DNA of 64,000 nt. Origin: an uncultured Candidatus Saccharibacteria bacterium. Lineage in GTDB: Bacteria; Patescibacteriota; Minisyncoccia; Phycocordibacterales; JACOZG01. Below are positions 37,465-47,132 of the stretch, in pieces; within the stretch, counting starts at the first letter, position 1; each line of letters begins with the position of its first letter. The stretch spans positions 202,455-266,454 of the forward strand of contig OZ246403.1 in the NCBI GenBank assembly GCA_965230925.1, written 5' to 3'. The position numbers were made by a program, and so were the translations under genes. The notes under the pieces were generated by a model. The model did not search any database. It was not told the DNA's origin and saw nothing but the letters and a program-made list of their open reading frames with translations.

Positions 37465-38763
37465 TTACTTAATTCTTTTCTTAGTTACTTTGTAATTCTG
37501 AGTAGTATAGGAATCACCGCGCCAGGTATCTACCCACCCACTACCCACGGTTTCAGTTTCTTCAAAAACAATAAGGTCTTTCAGTTTATAAACCCCGTCA
37601 ACATTATTGCTTGAAGCAAGGTTAAAGAGAAAGTTAGGTGCTGTTACCCCAGTATTCTTTATCTCTAACCTGTTCGCTTCATGTAACACATTACCATTTG
37701 GACCCGTTAAGTAACCGACCACAGAATAATTCCCCGGCTTGGTCACATTCAGCCAAAAAGAAAGGTTGATATAATCTGCCAGTTTATCGCCGTCTACATC
37801 AACTGATTTATCTTGGAAATTACCCGCTATTTGAGCGTGGCCATTAGAAACCGTAAGATAACCGTCACTCGTCCCCAAATATCTTTTGAAAGATTGACCA
37901 GCGAGGTTCTTACCGCTAATCGTATAAAAGGTTCGATAATCACCAGACTTTAGATTCTTAACATATTGATAACCGTAATAGCCGTCATTAGTTAGTTTTG
38001 ATTGCTGGTCAGAAAGATAAACGGTATGAATGGGCAAGGCCTTGTCTTTGGTTTTGGGCCACTTATCTTCAAAAACTTCTAGCTTAATGCTCAAACCCTT
38101 AAGTGGGGTGAGTTTCTTTGTCGTGGGAGAATACTCTGCGGCATAAATCTCAGGGAAAAACCATTCCTGGTTCATTAAACGGTCATTAGAAAGAATGGAG
38201 AAATTAATATTAGAAGTTCCTGAAATCATGGTGCCAAAATTAATTGCTTTCGTTCCAGTATTCTTTAGACGAAACTTCCACAAGCCAGGAAAAGCAATCG
38301 TATTAATCTTGTAACTAAGACTGGCGCCGTCTTTTGTCTTAAAATATAAAGGGTTTGCCTCGTTTTTACCTAGAATAAATTTCTGGTCGGAAATTACATT
38401 TTTGGTAAGATCGATAACCTGGTTTTTTGGATCAACAAGGGAAACACTGAGCCCTTCTCCCTGCCAACCAGCAAAAAAAGCTACATTACTTAAAGAGTCT
38501 AGGGTAACCACCTTTTCGACTGTTTGCCCCGAAGGAATTGTGGCTTCAATAATCTCAATGCTGTTAGCGTCGCTGGTTAAGGTCATCTCTTTATCAGCCA
38601 AACTAGCTAAGACCGCCGCAGGCTGCTGAGCTGGTATTTGAGTATTGAGCGAAAGCAATTTTTTAAAGCTGCCATTATTAAATAAGGTGATAACCAGTAA
38701 AACAAGAGCGATAAAAACAACAGCTAAGTAACTCCGATTAAATTTAAACTTTTTCTTTTTCAT
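37465..38763 (-). CDS. Large membrane-anchored extracellular hypothetical protein
   Basis: N-terminal TM (YLAVVFIALVLLVITLF); 432 aa, beta-rich. Confidence 0.45.
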   Translation of the reverse strand: MKKKKFKFNRSYLAVVFIALVLLVITLFNNGSFKKLLSLNTQIPAQQPAAVLASLADKEMTLTSDANSIEIIEATIPSGQTVEKVVTLDSLSNVAFFAGWQGEGLSVSLVDPKNQVIDLTKNVISDQKFILGKNEANPLYFKTKDGASLSYKINTIAFPGLWKFRLKNTGTKAINFGTMISGTSNINFSILSNDRLMNQEWFFPEIYAAEYSPTTKKLTPLKGLSIKLEVFEDKWPKTKDKALPIHTVYLSDQQSKLTNDGYYGYQYVKNLKSGDYRTFYTISGKNLAGQSFKRYLGTSDGYLTVSNGHAQIAGNFQDKSVDVDGDKLADYINLSFWLNVTKPGNYSVVGYLTGPNGNVLHEANRLEIKNTGVTAPNFLFNLASSNNVDGVYKLKDLIVFEETETVGSGWVDTWRGDSYTTQNYKVTKKRIK

Positions 38764-38768
38764 AAATT

Positions 38769-39488
38769 CTATTTACAACTTGGTCCTACTATATCACTTT
38801 CAATAAACCCCGCGAAGCCAGTGCTGTCGACACAGTAGCTCTTGAATTGCTTCGGGGCTGGGCAAAAATAACCACTTCTCTGTTTATTAATCCAAAGCAA
38901 ATTTGCAGAAACAGCATATGCATCTCCACTAGAAAGACATTTAATACCCGGGCCAACCCACTTTTCGGCTTCAGCAATTAGCGGGGAAATCGCCTCGTCA
39001 GTGAAAAATGAATTGGGAGCATGACAATCATTAGCAAGAACACCATAAGAAAAGTTGTGACTTTCGTAATAACTCTCAGCTTGAATTCTGATGGTCGCCA
39101 AAGGAACTTCTACGGCAGCATTCCGTGACTTCACACGCGCCGTATTTAAACTCATCAAAATCAAAAAACCAAGGATGATTAAAATAATTGATCCGATCGA
39201 GAGAATTAATGATAGTGGCTGCCACCGAGTAACCCCTTTCGGCAACCGAGCAAAACCCACAAAACCAGCAATAAAAGCAAAAACAAGAAGAAAAAATACT
39301 ATAGGAATAATAAGTTTTCCGACGGCTGTATCAAAGCTGTACAACCAATTGCCAAGATCAGAACCTTGCCAATAACAACCCAGAAGAAAGAAGTAAACAA
39401 GTGGCAAACAAATTCCAACAAACACTGAGATCAAACCCACTATCGCCCACTTTTTACCCGTCATTTTGTTCTTTCGACTTCTTTTCAA
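38769..39488 (-). CDS. Polytopic membrane protein with C-terminal pilin/pseudopilin-like domain
   Basis: 4 TM then hydrophobic helix + NTARVKSRNAAVEVPLATIRIQAESYY and Cys pairs, pilin-like but no prepilin cleavage motif; probable ATG at 39464. Confidence 0.4.
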   Translation of the reverse strand: MKRSRKNKMTGKKWAIVGLISVFVGICLPLVYFFLLGCYWQGSDLGNWLYSFDTAVGKLIIPIVFFLLVFAFIAGFVGFARLPKGVTRWQPLSLILSIGSIILIILGFLILMSLNTARVKSRNAAVEVPLATIRIQAESYYESHNFSYGVLANDCHAPNSFFTDEAISPLIAEAEKWVGPGIKCLSSGDAYAVSANLLWINKQRSGYFCPAPKQFKSYCVDSTGFAGFIESDIVGPSCK

Positions 39489-41793
39489 TCGCTGGAGTGT
39501 AGAGTTTTAGCAAAAGTGAGTTGAGGACCACGGACACGGAAGAGAAGGCCATGGCGAAGCCGGCGATTTCGGGACGCAAAGTGGCTTGAGAGAAGTTGAC
39601 GAAGGCGCGACCGAAGCCACCAAGCTTCTCGCCAGCCTTGAGCACCCACGGCATAGCAACACCAGCAGACTGCGTGACAAGCAGATGCGCCCCAGCGGCC
39701 ACCGGAATGGCCACCACATTGTAGATAAAGGCCCAGAAAAGATTTTGCCACACTTTATGAATCGTCTTACTCGAGAGGGCAATGGCCGTGGCCACGTCGC
39801 GGAGATCATCCTTCACCAAGATTACCTCACCAGTCTCAATGGCCACATCGGTCCCCGAACCAATCGCGATACCAAGATCCGCCCGCGCCAAGGCTGGCGA
39901 ATCATTAATACCATCACCCACCATCGCCACAATCTTCCCTTCGGCCTGCAAGCCAGCGATCACCTTCTCTTTATCTTGCGGCAAAACTTGCGCCATCACC
40001 CGATCAATCCCCACTTGCTTCGCAATGGCCGCAGCCGTCTTTGGGTTATCGCCCGTAATCATAATCAACTCTTTGCCCATCCGCTTAAGTTCCGCAATCG
40101 CCTCGACCGCGCTCGGCTTCAAAGTGTCGGCCATGGCGATAACGCCCGCTGGCCAGCCGTCGATAAACATATAAACCACGGTCTTGGCCTGATTAATTAA
40201 TTCATCAAACTTCGGCTTAATTTCATCCACATTTAAATTCCAACTTTTCACCAAGGTTTCGTTACCAATCGCCACCTTCTTACCATTCACAATTGCCTCA
40301 ATACCCATACCCTGGAAGGCCTTGAACTCATGAATCTCTGGTAAGGTACCAAGCTCCTTCTTCCCCTTCTCCACCACGGCGCGGGCAAGCGGATGCTCGG
40401 AACCAGTTTCAATAGCGGCGGCTAAACTCAACATTTCTTTATAATCCAGTTGGCCGTTCGGAATCATGTCGGTCACAATCGGCTTACCTTCCGTGAGTGT
40501 CCCAGTTTTATCGAAGGCGATGGTATTGACCCGATACGCCTTCTCGAGCGCGGCCCCACCCTTCAAGATAATCCCAAACTTGGTGGCGCGGCCGATACCC
40601 ACCACGAGCGCGGTCGGGGTGGCGAGCCCCATGGCGCACGGGCAAGAAATTACAAGCACCGCAATGAGACGCATGAGGCCAGCCCGGAATGGCAAACCAG
40701 CAACGAAGACCCAACCAGCAAAAGAAAGAACGGCGATCGTAATCACCGCAGGCACAAAATACTCACTAATCTTGTCGACGAGATCCTGAATCGGTGCCTT
40801 AGACGCTTGCGCTTCCTCCACCATCTTCACAATTTGGAACAGCAAAGTGTCTTTACCCACTTTGGTGGCGCGGAATTTAATGAGGCCTTCTTGATTGACC
40901 GTCGCACCGATTACTTCTTCATTCACCGTTTTCTTGACCGGCATGCTCTCGCCCGTCACCACTTTCTCGTCGATATGGGTCGCGCCTTCGATAATGATGC
41001 CGTCCACTGGAATTTTCTCGCCCGGCTTCACAATGAGAATATCTCCCACTTTAATTTGATTGAGCGGCACGGTGACTTCTTGATTGTCGCGCCAAAGATG
41101 CGCTTCTTTGGCCTCGAGCTTCAACAGTTCTTTAATCGCTGACGACGCTTTGCCTTTAGCTCGCGCCTCGATGTAACGACCGAGCAAGATGAAGGAGAGA
41201 AGCGCGGCCGATGACTCCCAAAACGGGTGGTCGATATTGTAGAAAAGGAAACCGATGGTGCTGTAGAGATAGGCCGCGGTAGTTCCGAGCACCACAAGTA
41301 CGTCCATATTGGCCGAGCCAACGCGCACGGAGGTGAAAGCGTTGCGATAGAAGGGCCAAGCGATCACAAACTGAATCGGCGTCGAGAGAATCCAGTAAAT
41401 ATAGTTAAGATCAAGACCACCAATGGCGTGGACATGCTTGAGATTAAACATGTGCACCGACATGTAGTAGATAATGATCGGGAGCGAAAGGATAAAGCTC
41501 GCGAGCACTCGCCGGCCAGAGGCTTTAAGTTGCTTGGCTTCCTTCTCTTCCTCTTCGGCTAAGTTGCCAGTATCTTCGTCCGGCCGAATGAGATCGTAAC
41601 CAAGTTGATTCACAAATTTATCAATTTGCTCGAGCTTGATCTTAGTCTCATCAAATTCCACCGTCACCTTCTCGGCACCGTAGCTTGCATTCACGGCAAT
41701 AACCCCAGGCTGTTTAGCCACCAATTTATCAATCAGGGTCGCGCAAGAAGCGCAGTGCATCCCCTTCACCTTCATCACAATTTTGGTGGACAT
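39454..41793 (-). CDS. copA: Copper-translocating P1B-1 ATPase CopA (CPC)
   Basis: N-terminal HMA GMHCASCATLI; SCPCAMGLATP; DKTGTLT; GDGINDSPAL. Confidence 0.9.
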   Translation of the reverse strand: MSTKIVMKVKGMHCASCATLIDKLVAKQPGVIAVNASYGAEKVTVEFDETKIKLEQIDKFVNQLGYDLIRPDEDTGNLAEEEEKEAKQLKASGRRVLASFILSLPIIIYYMSVHMFNLKHVHAIGGLDLNYIYWILSTPIQFVIAWPFYRNAFTSVRVGSANMDVLVVLGTTAAYLYSTIGFLFYNIDHPFWESSAALLSFILLGRYIEARAKGKASSAIKELLKLEAKEAHLWRDNQEVTVPLNQIKVGDILIVKPGEKIPVDGIIIEGATHIDEKVVTGESMPVKKTVNEEVIGATVNQEGLIKFRATKVGKDTLLFQIVKMVEEAQASKAPIQDLVDKISEYFVPAVITIAVLSFAGWVFVAGLPFRAGLMRLIAVLVISCPCAMGLATPTALVVGIGRATKFGIILKGGAALEKAYRVNTIAFDKTGTLTEGKPIVTDMIPNGQLDYKEMLSLAAAIETGSEHPLARAVVEKGKKELGTLPEIHEFKAFQGMGIEAIVNGKKVAIGNETLVKSWNLNVDEIKPKFDELINQAKTVVYMFIDGWPAGVIAMADTLKPSAVEAIAELKRMGKELIMITGDNPKTAAAIAKQVGIDRVMAQVLPQDKEKVIAGLQAEGKIVAMVGDGINDSPALARADLGIAIGSGTDVAIETGEVILVKDDLRDVATAIALSSKTIHKVWQNLFWAFIYNVVAIPVAAGAHLLVTQSAGVAMPWVLKAGEKLGGFGRAFVNFSQATLRPEIAGFAMAFSSVSVVLNSLLLKLYTPAIEKKSKEQNDG

Positions 41794-41799
41794 AATAAA

Positions 41800-42234
41800 T
41801 TAATTAGTCTCGGTGATTAAACTTTTAACATGGAGTTTGCCGACCATCGAGTAGTGATCACGGTGCTCACCTTCCACATCACCATCACCACAAGGCACCG
41901 AGCAGTAGAATGGGAAATCACCCGGTCGCGTCACCGGAAATTCAATTACAATCGTTTCATTGGCTGGCATCCGTTGCGAGACACCAAAGGCGTCGATGCC
42001 GATACCGTGGTCGTAACTATCTTCATTGATCACCGTCATCTTGATTGTGTCTCCTAACTCGGCTTCAATTTCTTCCGGCTCAAAGCGCCACTCATCCTTA
42101 ACCGCCGTGACTGTAATTTCTCTCACCTTACCCGTGGTCACCGGTTTATCTTCTTCCGACTTCACAAAGGTGTAGCCAACACCAGCCGCAATAATAACCA
42201 CAAGCACAATCGCAATGACAGCAAATTTATTCAT
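41800..42234 (-). CDS. Cupredoxin-like copper-binding protein (CuA-like C..PCG..H..M site), membrane-anchored
   Basis: TM anchor; FYCSVPCGDGDVEGEHRDHYSM resembles CuA CxExCGxxHxxM. Confidence 0.5.
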   Translation of the reverse strand: MNKFAVIAIVLVVIIAAGVGYTFVKSEEDKPVTTGKVREITVTAVKDEWRFEPEEIEAELGDTIKMTVINEDSYDHGIGIDAFGVSQRMPANETIVIEFPVTRPGDFPFYCSVPCGDGDVEGEHRDHYSMVGKLHVKSLITETN

Positions 42235-44434
42235 TTTTGATTAAAAACCTCTTGACCAATTTACTAAGACCCACAATCAACAAGAGGGAAATGATTAACT
42301 TTCCCCACCAGCTCATCAAAATTTCACCAAAGCCGGCTCGTTCTGTAACCTCAACCCAGAACTCAGCTCGCAATGCTTCTTCTCTTGGCAAAGGAATTCC
42401 CGCCGGCCGGAATTGCGCAAAGAGTTTATAGCGACCAGGAGCCGGAAACTCTAACTCGAAAGCAACACCATGCTGATCTACCGTTGTTACTCCCGGCTCC
42501 TCGTGACCGTCGGCCACGCCACCATGCGCCAAAGCCTGATTAACTAAAGGCAAGAGGCCGTGCGAGTGCTCTGCGTCACCATGGTCATCGTGACCCGCGG
42601 GATGAGCGTGTAGAAAGTGTTTGAGGTCACTGCTAATAACGGCGAGATGCATCGGCACACCGAGATAATTCTCAAGCGCCACTTCTTCATTGAGCACGGT
42701 GTGAATATCAAAATTAAACTTTACATTCCGCCCGGCTGAAACTTTGGTGGGCAAATCAAGCGAAATCTGATAATTCCCCTCAATTTCATTGCGGCTTAAA
42801 TCAATTTCTTTACTCGGTGGTTTACCGGGATTACGGCCATTAACCACGAGTGGCGTCTGGCCGAAGGTGTGAGTGGCGCCTCCAGAAGTTACTTCTGCCC
42901 AAATTTTATAGGTCCCCGCTTCGCGGAAAAGATGCGAGACGCTAAAGATCCCCGCCACACCCACGCTAGGCTCCGGATGAATGTGGAAAAACTGACTTAA
43001 ATCATCTTTTACTCCAATAACATGCATTAACTTCTCATGATTTATCTGTAGACCACTCACTGGCACAGGTGTATTAGCCGGACGATTAAGCGCCTTAAAG
43101 TTAAGCCGAGTAAATTGCCCAGCCTGAACATTAGCTGGCGGCAAAAGTTCAACCACAAGACCGCTCGTAACCTCACTTGCCTCATGGAGCTCGCCATGAC
43201 CAGCGTGATCGCCGCTAGCCGCACCTTCTTCATGATTCATCATCTCCTCGTGATGCTCCATCATTCCTTCCATTTCACCGTGACCGTGCGGCGCCTCTGC
43301 TTGCGCGAGAAAACGAGAAGGCAAAATATAAATAAACACCGACGCGAGTAAACCGGTGAGCGCGATCATAAATGGCATTCGCCACGCAGGCACATTACCT
43401 TGATTCATCTTTTTATCCCGATAATGATACCAAAAGAGTGGCACGACCCAAAGTAAAACCAAAGCCCAATTACCCCAATTGACCGGCAAACCGAAAAGAC
43501 CGGGGCCAGTCGCATCTTCTAAACCATGAGCGTGCGCAGCCCCAGTACCAATTTCTTCCGCCACCAGACCAGTAAAGAAGTGTTCTTGAGTAATAGTCTC
43601 AAACAAGGTGTGTTGACCAGAAGCAACCCACCAATCGTGAGTAAACAAGCCGAGGATTAAAATGAAACCGGCCACAAAAACCATCATCCAACCGGTCGCT
43701 CGCTCCAGCTTATCTTTGCGCGACACCAGCCAGTTGAGGGCATTGACGCCGAGAATAGCGAGAAAAGCCAAAAGTAAAAGCGGGATAATGCGCCCAATGG
43801 CATGAACAAGGAAAAGCGACCAGCCGTAAAATACATTTTGAGACGAGGCAATTTCAACCAAAATAAGCGGCGTGGCCGGATGAGGACAACCTACGCCGAT
43901 ATTACCGAGAAAAAGACCAAGGAGAAGCGCCTTCAGATAATCACCCTGCTTCTGGATAAAAGCCGGCGCCGCACCGGTGTAAGAAGGCATCCGGAACTTC
44001 ACCAAACCAATTTCTCCAAGCGCAAAAAGGTAAGCAAAAATACCAGCGACAAAATAAATCCAATTCTTCACCACCTCAATGGGGGCCGCCACCGAGCCAA
44101 TGGCCACCTTACCAACCAAGGCGGCAACAATTCCATATAAACTAAGAGTAATCGCTACTCCAAGACCGAAGGCAATAGCCATGCCGAAACCCTTGCCCGC
44201 CCCCTTCTTCATTACCATCGGCACAATCACGAAAGCGAGCGGCAAAGTGCACGGGAGCACAATCATGGTAAGACCCATGGCATAGCTAAAGAGATACCAA
44301 CCCATACTCCCTGAAGTGAGGTCAGTGGTCCCTCCAGGATTAATTACAAAAGCCCAAAGCAAGCCAAAAACAATCAACACTAAAAGACCAATTATCGAAT
44401 AAGCGAGAAGCTGTTTGAATCTATTAGAATCCAT
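42227..44434 (-). CDS. Large multidomain membrane protein: DsbD/CcdA-like two-Cys TM core, His/Met-rich segment, C-terminal beta-rich extracytoplasmic domains
   Basis: LPCTLPLAFVIVPM and GCPHPATPLILV conserved-Cys helices; APHGHGEMEGMMEHHEEMMNHEEGAASGDHAGHGELHE; FHIHPEP in C-terminal domain. Confidence 0.5.
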   Translation of the reverse strand: MDSNRFKQLLAYSIIGLLVLIVFGLLWAFVINPGGTTDLTSGSMGWYLFSYAMGLTMIVLPCTLPLAFVIVPMVMKKGAGKGFGMAIAFGLGVAITLSLYGIVAALVGKVAIGSVAAPIEVVKNWIYFVAGIFAYLFALGEIGLVKFRMPSYTGAAPAFIQKQGDYLKALLLGLFLGNIGVGCPHPATPLILVEIASSQNVFYGWSLFLVHAIGRIIPLLLLAFLAILGVNALNWLVSRKDKLERATGWMMVFVAGFILILGLFTHDWWVASGQHTLFETITQEHFFTGLVAEEIGTGAAHAHGLEDATGPGLFGLPVNWGNWALVLLWVVPLFWYHYRDKKMNQGNVPAWRMPFMIALTGLLASVFIYILPSRFLAQAEAPHGHGEMEGMMEHHEEMMNHEEGAASGDHAGHGELHEASEVTSGLVVELLPPANVQAGQFTRLNFKALNRPANTPVPVSGLQINHEKLMHVIGVKDDLSQFFHIHPEPSVGVAGIFSVSHLFREAGTYKIWAEVTSGGATHTFGQTPLVVNGRNPGKPPSKEIDLSRNEIEGNYQISLDLPTKVSAGRNVKFNFDIHTVLNEEVALENYLGVPMHLAVISSDLKHFLHAHPAGHDDHGDAEHSHGLLPLVNQALAHGGVADGHEEPGVTTVDQHGVAFELEFPAPGRYKLFAQFRPAGIPLPREEALRAEFWVEVTERAGFGEILMSWWGKLIISLLLIVGLSKLVKRFLIKNE

Positions 44435-44846
44435 ATTGTTTACGATTATAGATTAAGAAAACGGCCAGCGAGGCGCCGAGGAGGCCGATGTCGCGGAAAG
44501 TGTCTCCACTCACTCCAACGAGCCAGAGAATGAGCGCCATCTCAACCGCAGAAAGGAGAGCGACCCACTTCACCAGTCTGGCCGGCAAAAACCAAAGGAG
44601 AAAAATTGCGGCAAAAACTAGTTCCCCCAAACCCTGAATTCTTAGAAAAACCAAATCGCCACTCGCCGCAAAACCAGGAATCGCCGGGATCGACATGATG
44701 GCCTTAGACATAAACTCCGGCAAACGCTGAATTGCCCAGGTCCAACCACTAGGATTCTGGAAAATATCCCAGCCCGAATAAATATACATCGCGCCAAAGC
44801 TGAGCCGGAGCGCCAGTTCAGGTTTAATTTTATTAAAAAAATTCAT
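44424..44846 (-). CDS. DoxX-family membrane protein
   Basis: LRLSFGAMYIYSGWDIFQNP DoxX-like N-terminus; 4 TM. Confidence 0.5.
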   Translation of the reverse strand: MNFFNKIKPELALRLSFGAMYIYSGWDIFQNPSGWTWAIQRLPEFMSKAIMSIPAIPGFAASGDLVFLRIQGLGELVFAAIFLLWFLPARLVKWVALLSAVEMALILWLVGVSGDTFRDIGLLGASLAVFLIYNRKQYGF

Positions 44847-44849
44847 AAT

Positions 44850-45113
44850 TTAGGCTGAAAGTTCTTTCAACTTCGCCAAAAACTTCTCTTTGTCGACACC
44901 ACCAGTAGAAAATAATTCGCCGTTGAGCAAAATACCGGGCGAGGCAAAGATGAGATGCTTCATAGCAAGCGCCTGACCTTCGGGCGTAGTGATACTTACA
45001 TCCTCAAACTTTACATTAGGCCAATCGGTTTCAATAGAATGCCACCATTCCTGAAAAGCCGCGCAATGTTGGCAGCCCGGAGAAGACAATTCTTGGAGTT
45101 TAACTTCCTTCAC
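44850..45113 (-). CDS. Small thioredoxin-fold protein (CxxC)
   Basis: SPGCQHCAAF CxxC near N-terminus; 87 aa. Confidence 0.55.
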   Translation of the reverse strand: MKEVKLQELSSPGCQHCAAFQEWWHSIETDWPNVKFEDVSITTPEGQALAMKHLIFASPGILLNGELFSTGGVDKEKFLAKLKELSA

Positions 45114-45185
45114 CTTTTAAATTATACAAAACAAAGTCCGGAATCGGAAATTGAGGTTATCCCCAAAGCGTGCTAAACTCGCCGC

Positions 45186-45893
45186 ATGGAAAATGAAACT
45201 AAGAACTCGTTTGCGGTGCCGGTCGCCATTATCATTGCTGGTCTCATTATTGGCGGAGCGGTTTATCTGAAGGGAGGAGTGCCGACGGGCCAAGGCGGGA
45301 ACGCAGGAGATGCCTTCAGCCCTGATCCACTCAAGAAGCTTAGTGCTGTAACAAACGAAGACTGGGTACGCGGTAATCCTAAGGCACCAATCACAATCAT
45401 TGAATTCTCTGATCTCGAATGCCCATTCTGCAAGCGCTTCCACGAGACAATGCTCGATATCGCCGCGGCTTACCCCAATGATGTGGCTTGGGTCTATCGA
45501 CACTTCCCACTTGATCAATTACACAAAAAAGCTAGACCAGAAGCTGAGGCCGCCGAGTGTGCTGGTAAACTGGGAGGAAATGACGCGTTCTGGAAATTTA
45601 CTGACAAAATCTTCGAAACCACCCCCTCTAATGACGGGCTTGACCTTAGCCTTCTCCCTCAATTTGCTACTGAACTTGGCTTAAACAAAGCTGATTTCGA
45701 AAAATGTCTGACGAACGGCGAAACAAAAGAATTAGTTAATAAAGACTATGAGGAAGCGGTGGCGGTTGGCGGTCGCGGTACACCGTACCCAATTATCATT
45801 ACCAAAAACGGCGAAAAAGTGGCGCTCCAGGGCGCCGTCCCCTTTGAGAACATGAAAGAAGGGATCGACAAGATTCTCTCGGAAACCAAGTAG
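45186..45893 (+). CDS. dsbA: DsbA-family thiol:disulfide oxidoreductase, membrane-anchored
   Basis: TM anchor; FSDLECPFCKRF (CPFC) active site. Confidence 0.75.
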   Translation: MENETKNSFAVPVAIIIAGLIIGGAVYLKGGVPTGQGGNAGDAFSPDPLKKLSAVTNEDWVRGNPKAPITIIEFSDLECPFCKRFHETMLDIAAAYPNDVAWVYRHFPLDQLHKKARPEAEAAECAGKLGGNDAFWKFTDKIFETTPSNDGLDLSLLPQFATELGLNKADFEKCLTNGETKELVNKDYEEAVAVGGRGTPYPIIITKNGEKVALQGAVPFENMKEGIDKILSETK

Positions 45894-45896
45894 AAC

Positions 45897-47129
45897 TTAG
45901 TAACCAACCAATTTCTTAATTTTATCGTGCTGGCGGATTTTCTCGTGCGCTTTGGCCTCAATTTGGCGAATTCGTTCGCGGGTCACACCGAACTCTTTAC
46001 CCACCTCTTCAAGCGTCCGCATCACACCGTCTTTGAGTCCGTGACGCATCTCAAGAATTTGCCGTTCTTTGGGCGAAAGGTCGTTTAAAATTTCGTTAAT
46101 TTGGTCGCGAAGGATTCGGCGAGAAGTATCATTGTCGGGCGAAGAAATTTTATTATCCGGAATAAATTCACCGAGCGTCGACTTTTCTTCGTCGAGACCA
46201 GCGGGCTTGTCGAGCGAGGTGGTGTTCTGATCAATCTTCTCAATAATATGAACTTTCTCCACTTCAATTCCCATCTCGGTGGCAATCTCAGCGGGCAAAG
46301 GCTCGCGACCAAGATCTTGAAGCAAGCGGCGCACCACCTGCTTATACTTCGCAATTGTTTCCACCATGTGGACGGGAATCCGAATGATGCGGGACTGGTC
46401 TGCGATCGCGCGCGTTACCGCCTGACGAATCCACCAGGTCGCATAGGTTGAGAATTTATAGCCGCGCGTCCAATCAAATTTCTCCACCGCTTTAAACAAG
46501 CCCAAATTCCCCTCTTGAATCAAGTCAAGCAAGGTCAAATTATTACTCCGGCCCACATAGCGCTTGGCAATAGAAACCACGAGTCGGAGGTTAGCGTTTG
46601 CGAGCGCCTTCTGCGCCTCACCATCACCACGCAAAATTCTCTGAGCGAGTTCTCGTTCTTCAGCCGCCGCGATAAGCTTGTGCTTCCCAATTTCTTTCAA
46701 ATACATTTGGACCGAGTCTAGCGATGTGCCAGTGAGCGTTTTCCCCAACTTCGTTTTATCCAAAAATTCCGGGTCGTCAACATCAGCCAAAATGTCACTA
46801 TCTTCAAGCACGTCTACTCCAGCCGCTTCAAAGCGGTCATAAATTTCGCCCAAGAAATTTAAGTCATCTTCAATCTGAGGAAATTCCGCGAGAATCTCTG
46901 AGTAAGTAACGAAGCCGCGCTGGCGCCCTTTTACAAACAATCGCTCAAATTTCTGCTCCCGGTCAGCTCCTCGCTTGCCGAGAGACACAACTTTCTTCTC
47001 TTTTTTTACTGGTCCAACTACCGCCTTTTTCGCCACAGACTTCTTTGCCGGCGCCTTCTTAGCCACCGGCTTCTTGCTTACTTTCTTGAGAGGTTTCTTG
47101 AGGGGCTTCTTAGCTTTTTGTTTAGCCAT
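45897..47129 (-). CDS. rpoD: RNA polymerase sigma-70 factor RpoD with Lys-rich N-terminal tail
   Basis: YATWWIRQAVTRAI (region 2.4), LEEVGKEFGVTRERIRQIE (4.2); N-terminal KKPLKKPLKKVSKKPVAKK. Confidence 0.9.
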   Translation of the reverse strand: MAKQKAKKPLKKPLKKVSKKPVAKKAPAKKSVAKKAVVGPVKKEKKVVSLGKRGADREQKFERLFVKGRQRGFVTYSEILAEFPQIEDDLNFLGEIYDRFEAAGVDVLEDSDILADVDDPEFLDKTKLGKTLTGTSLDSVQMYLKEIGKHKLIAAAEERELAQRILRGDGEAQKALANANLRLVVSIAKRYVGRSNNLTLLDLIQEGNLGLFKAVEKFDWTRGYKFSTYATWWIRQAVTRAIADQSRIIRIPVHMVETIAKYKQVVRRLLQDLGREPLPAEIATEMGIEVEKVHIIEKIDQNTTSLDKPAGLDEEKSTLGEFIPDNKISSPDNDTSRRILRDQINEILNDLSPKERQILEMRHGLKDGVMRTLEEVGKEFGVTRERIRQIEAKAHEKIRQHDKIKKLVGY

Positions 47130-47132
47130 ATT

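Noticed and set aside
39485-41562. Multiple ORFs of 88-230 aa on both strands, Arg/His-rich
   Set aside because: Antisense or out-of-frame to copA, which has a complete motif set.
47040-47129. Tandem DNA repeats (aagaagcc / cttctt periodicity) that could be taken for a short repeat array
   Set aside because: They encode the KKPLKKPLKK lysine-rich N-terminus of RpoD; coding repeats, not CRISPR or minisatellite.
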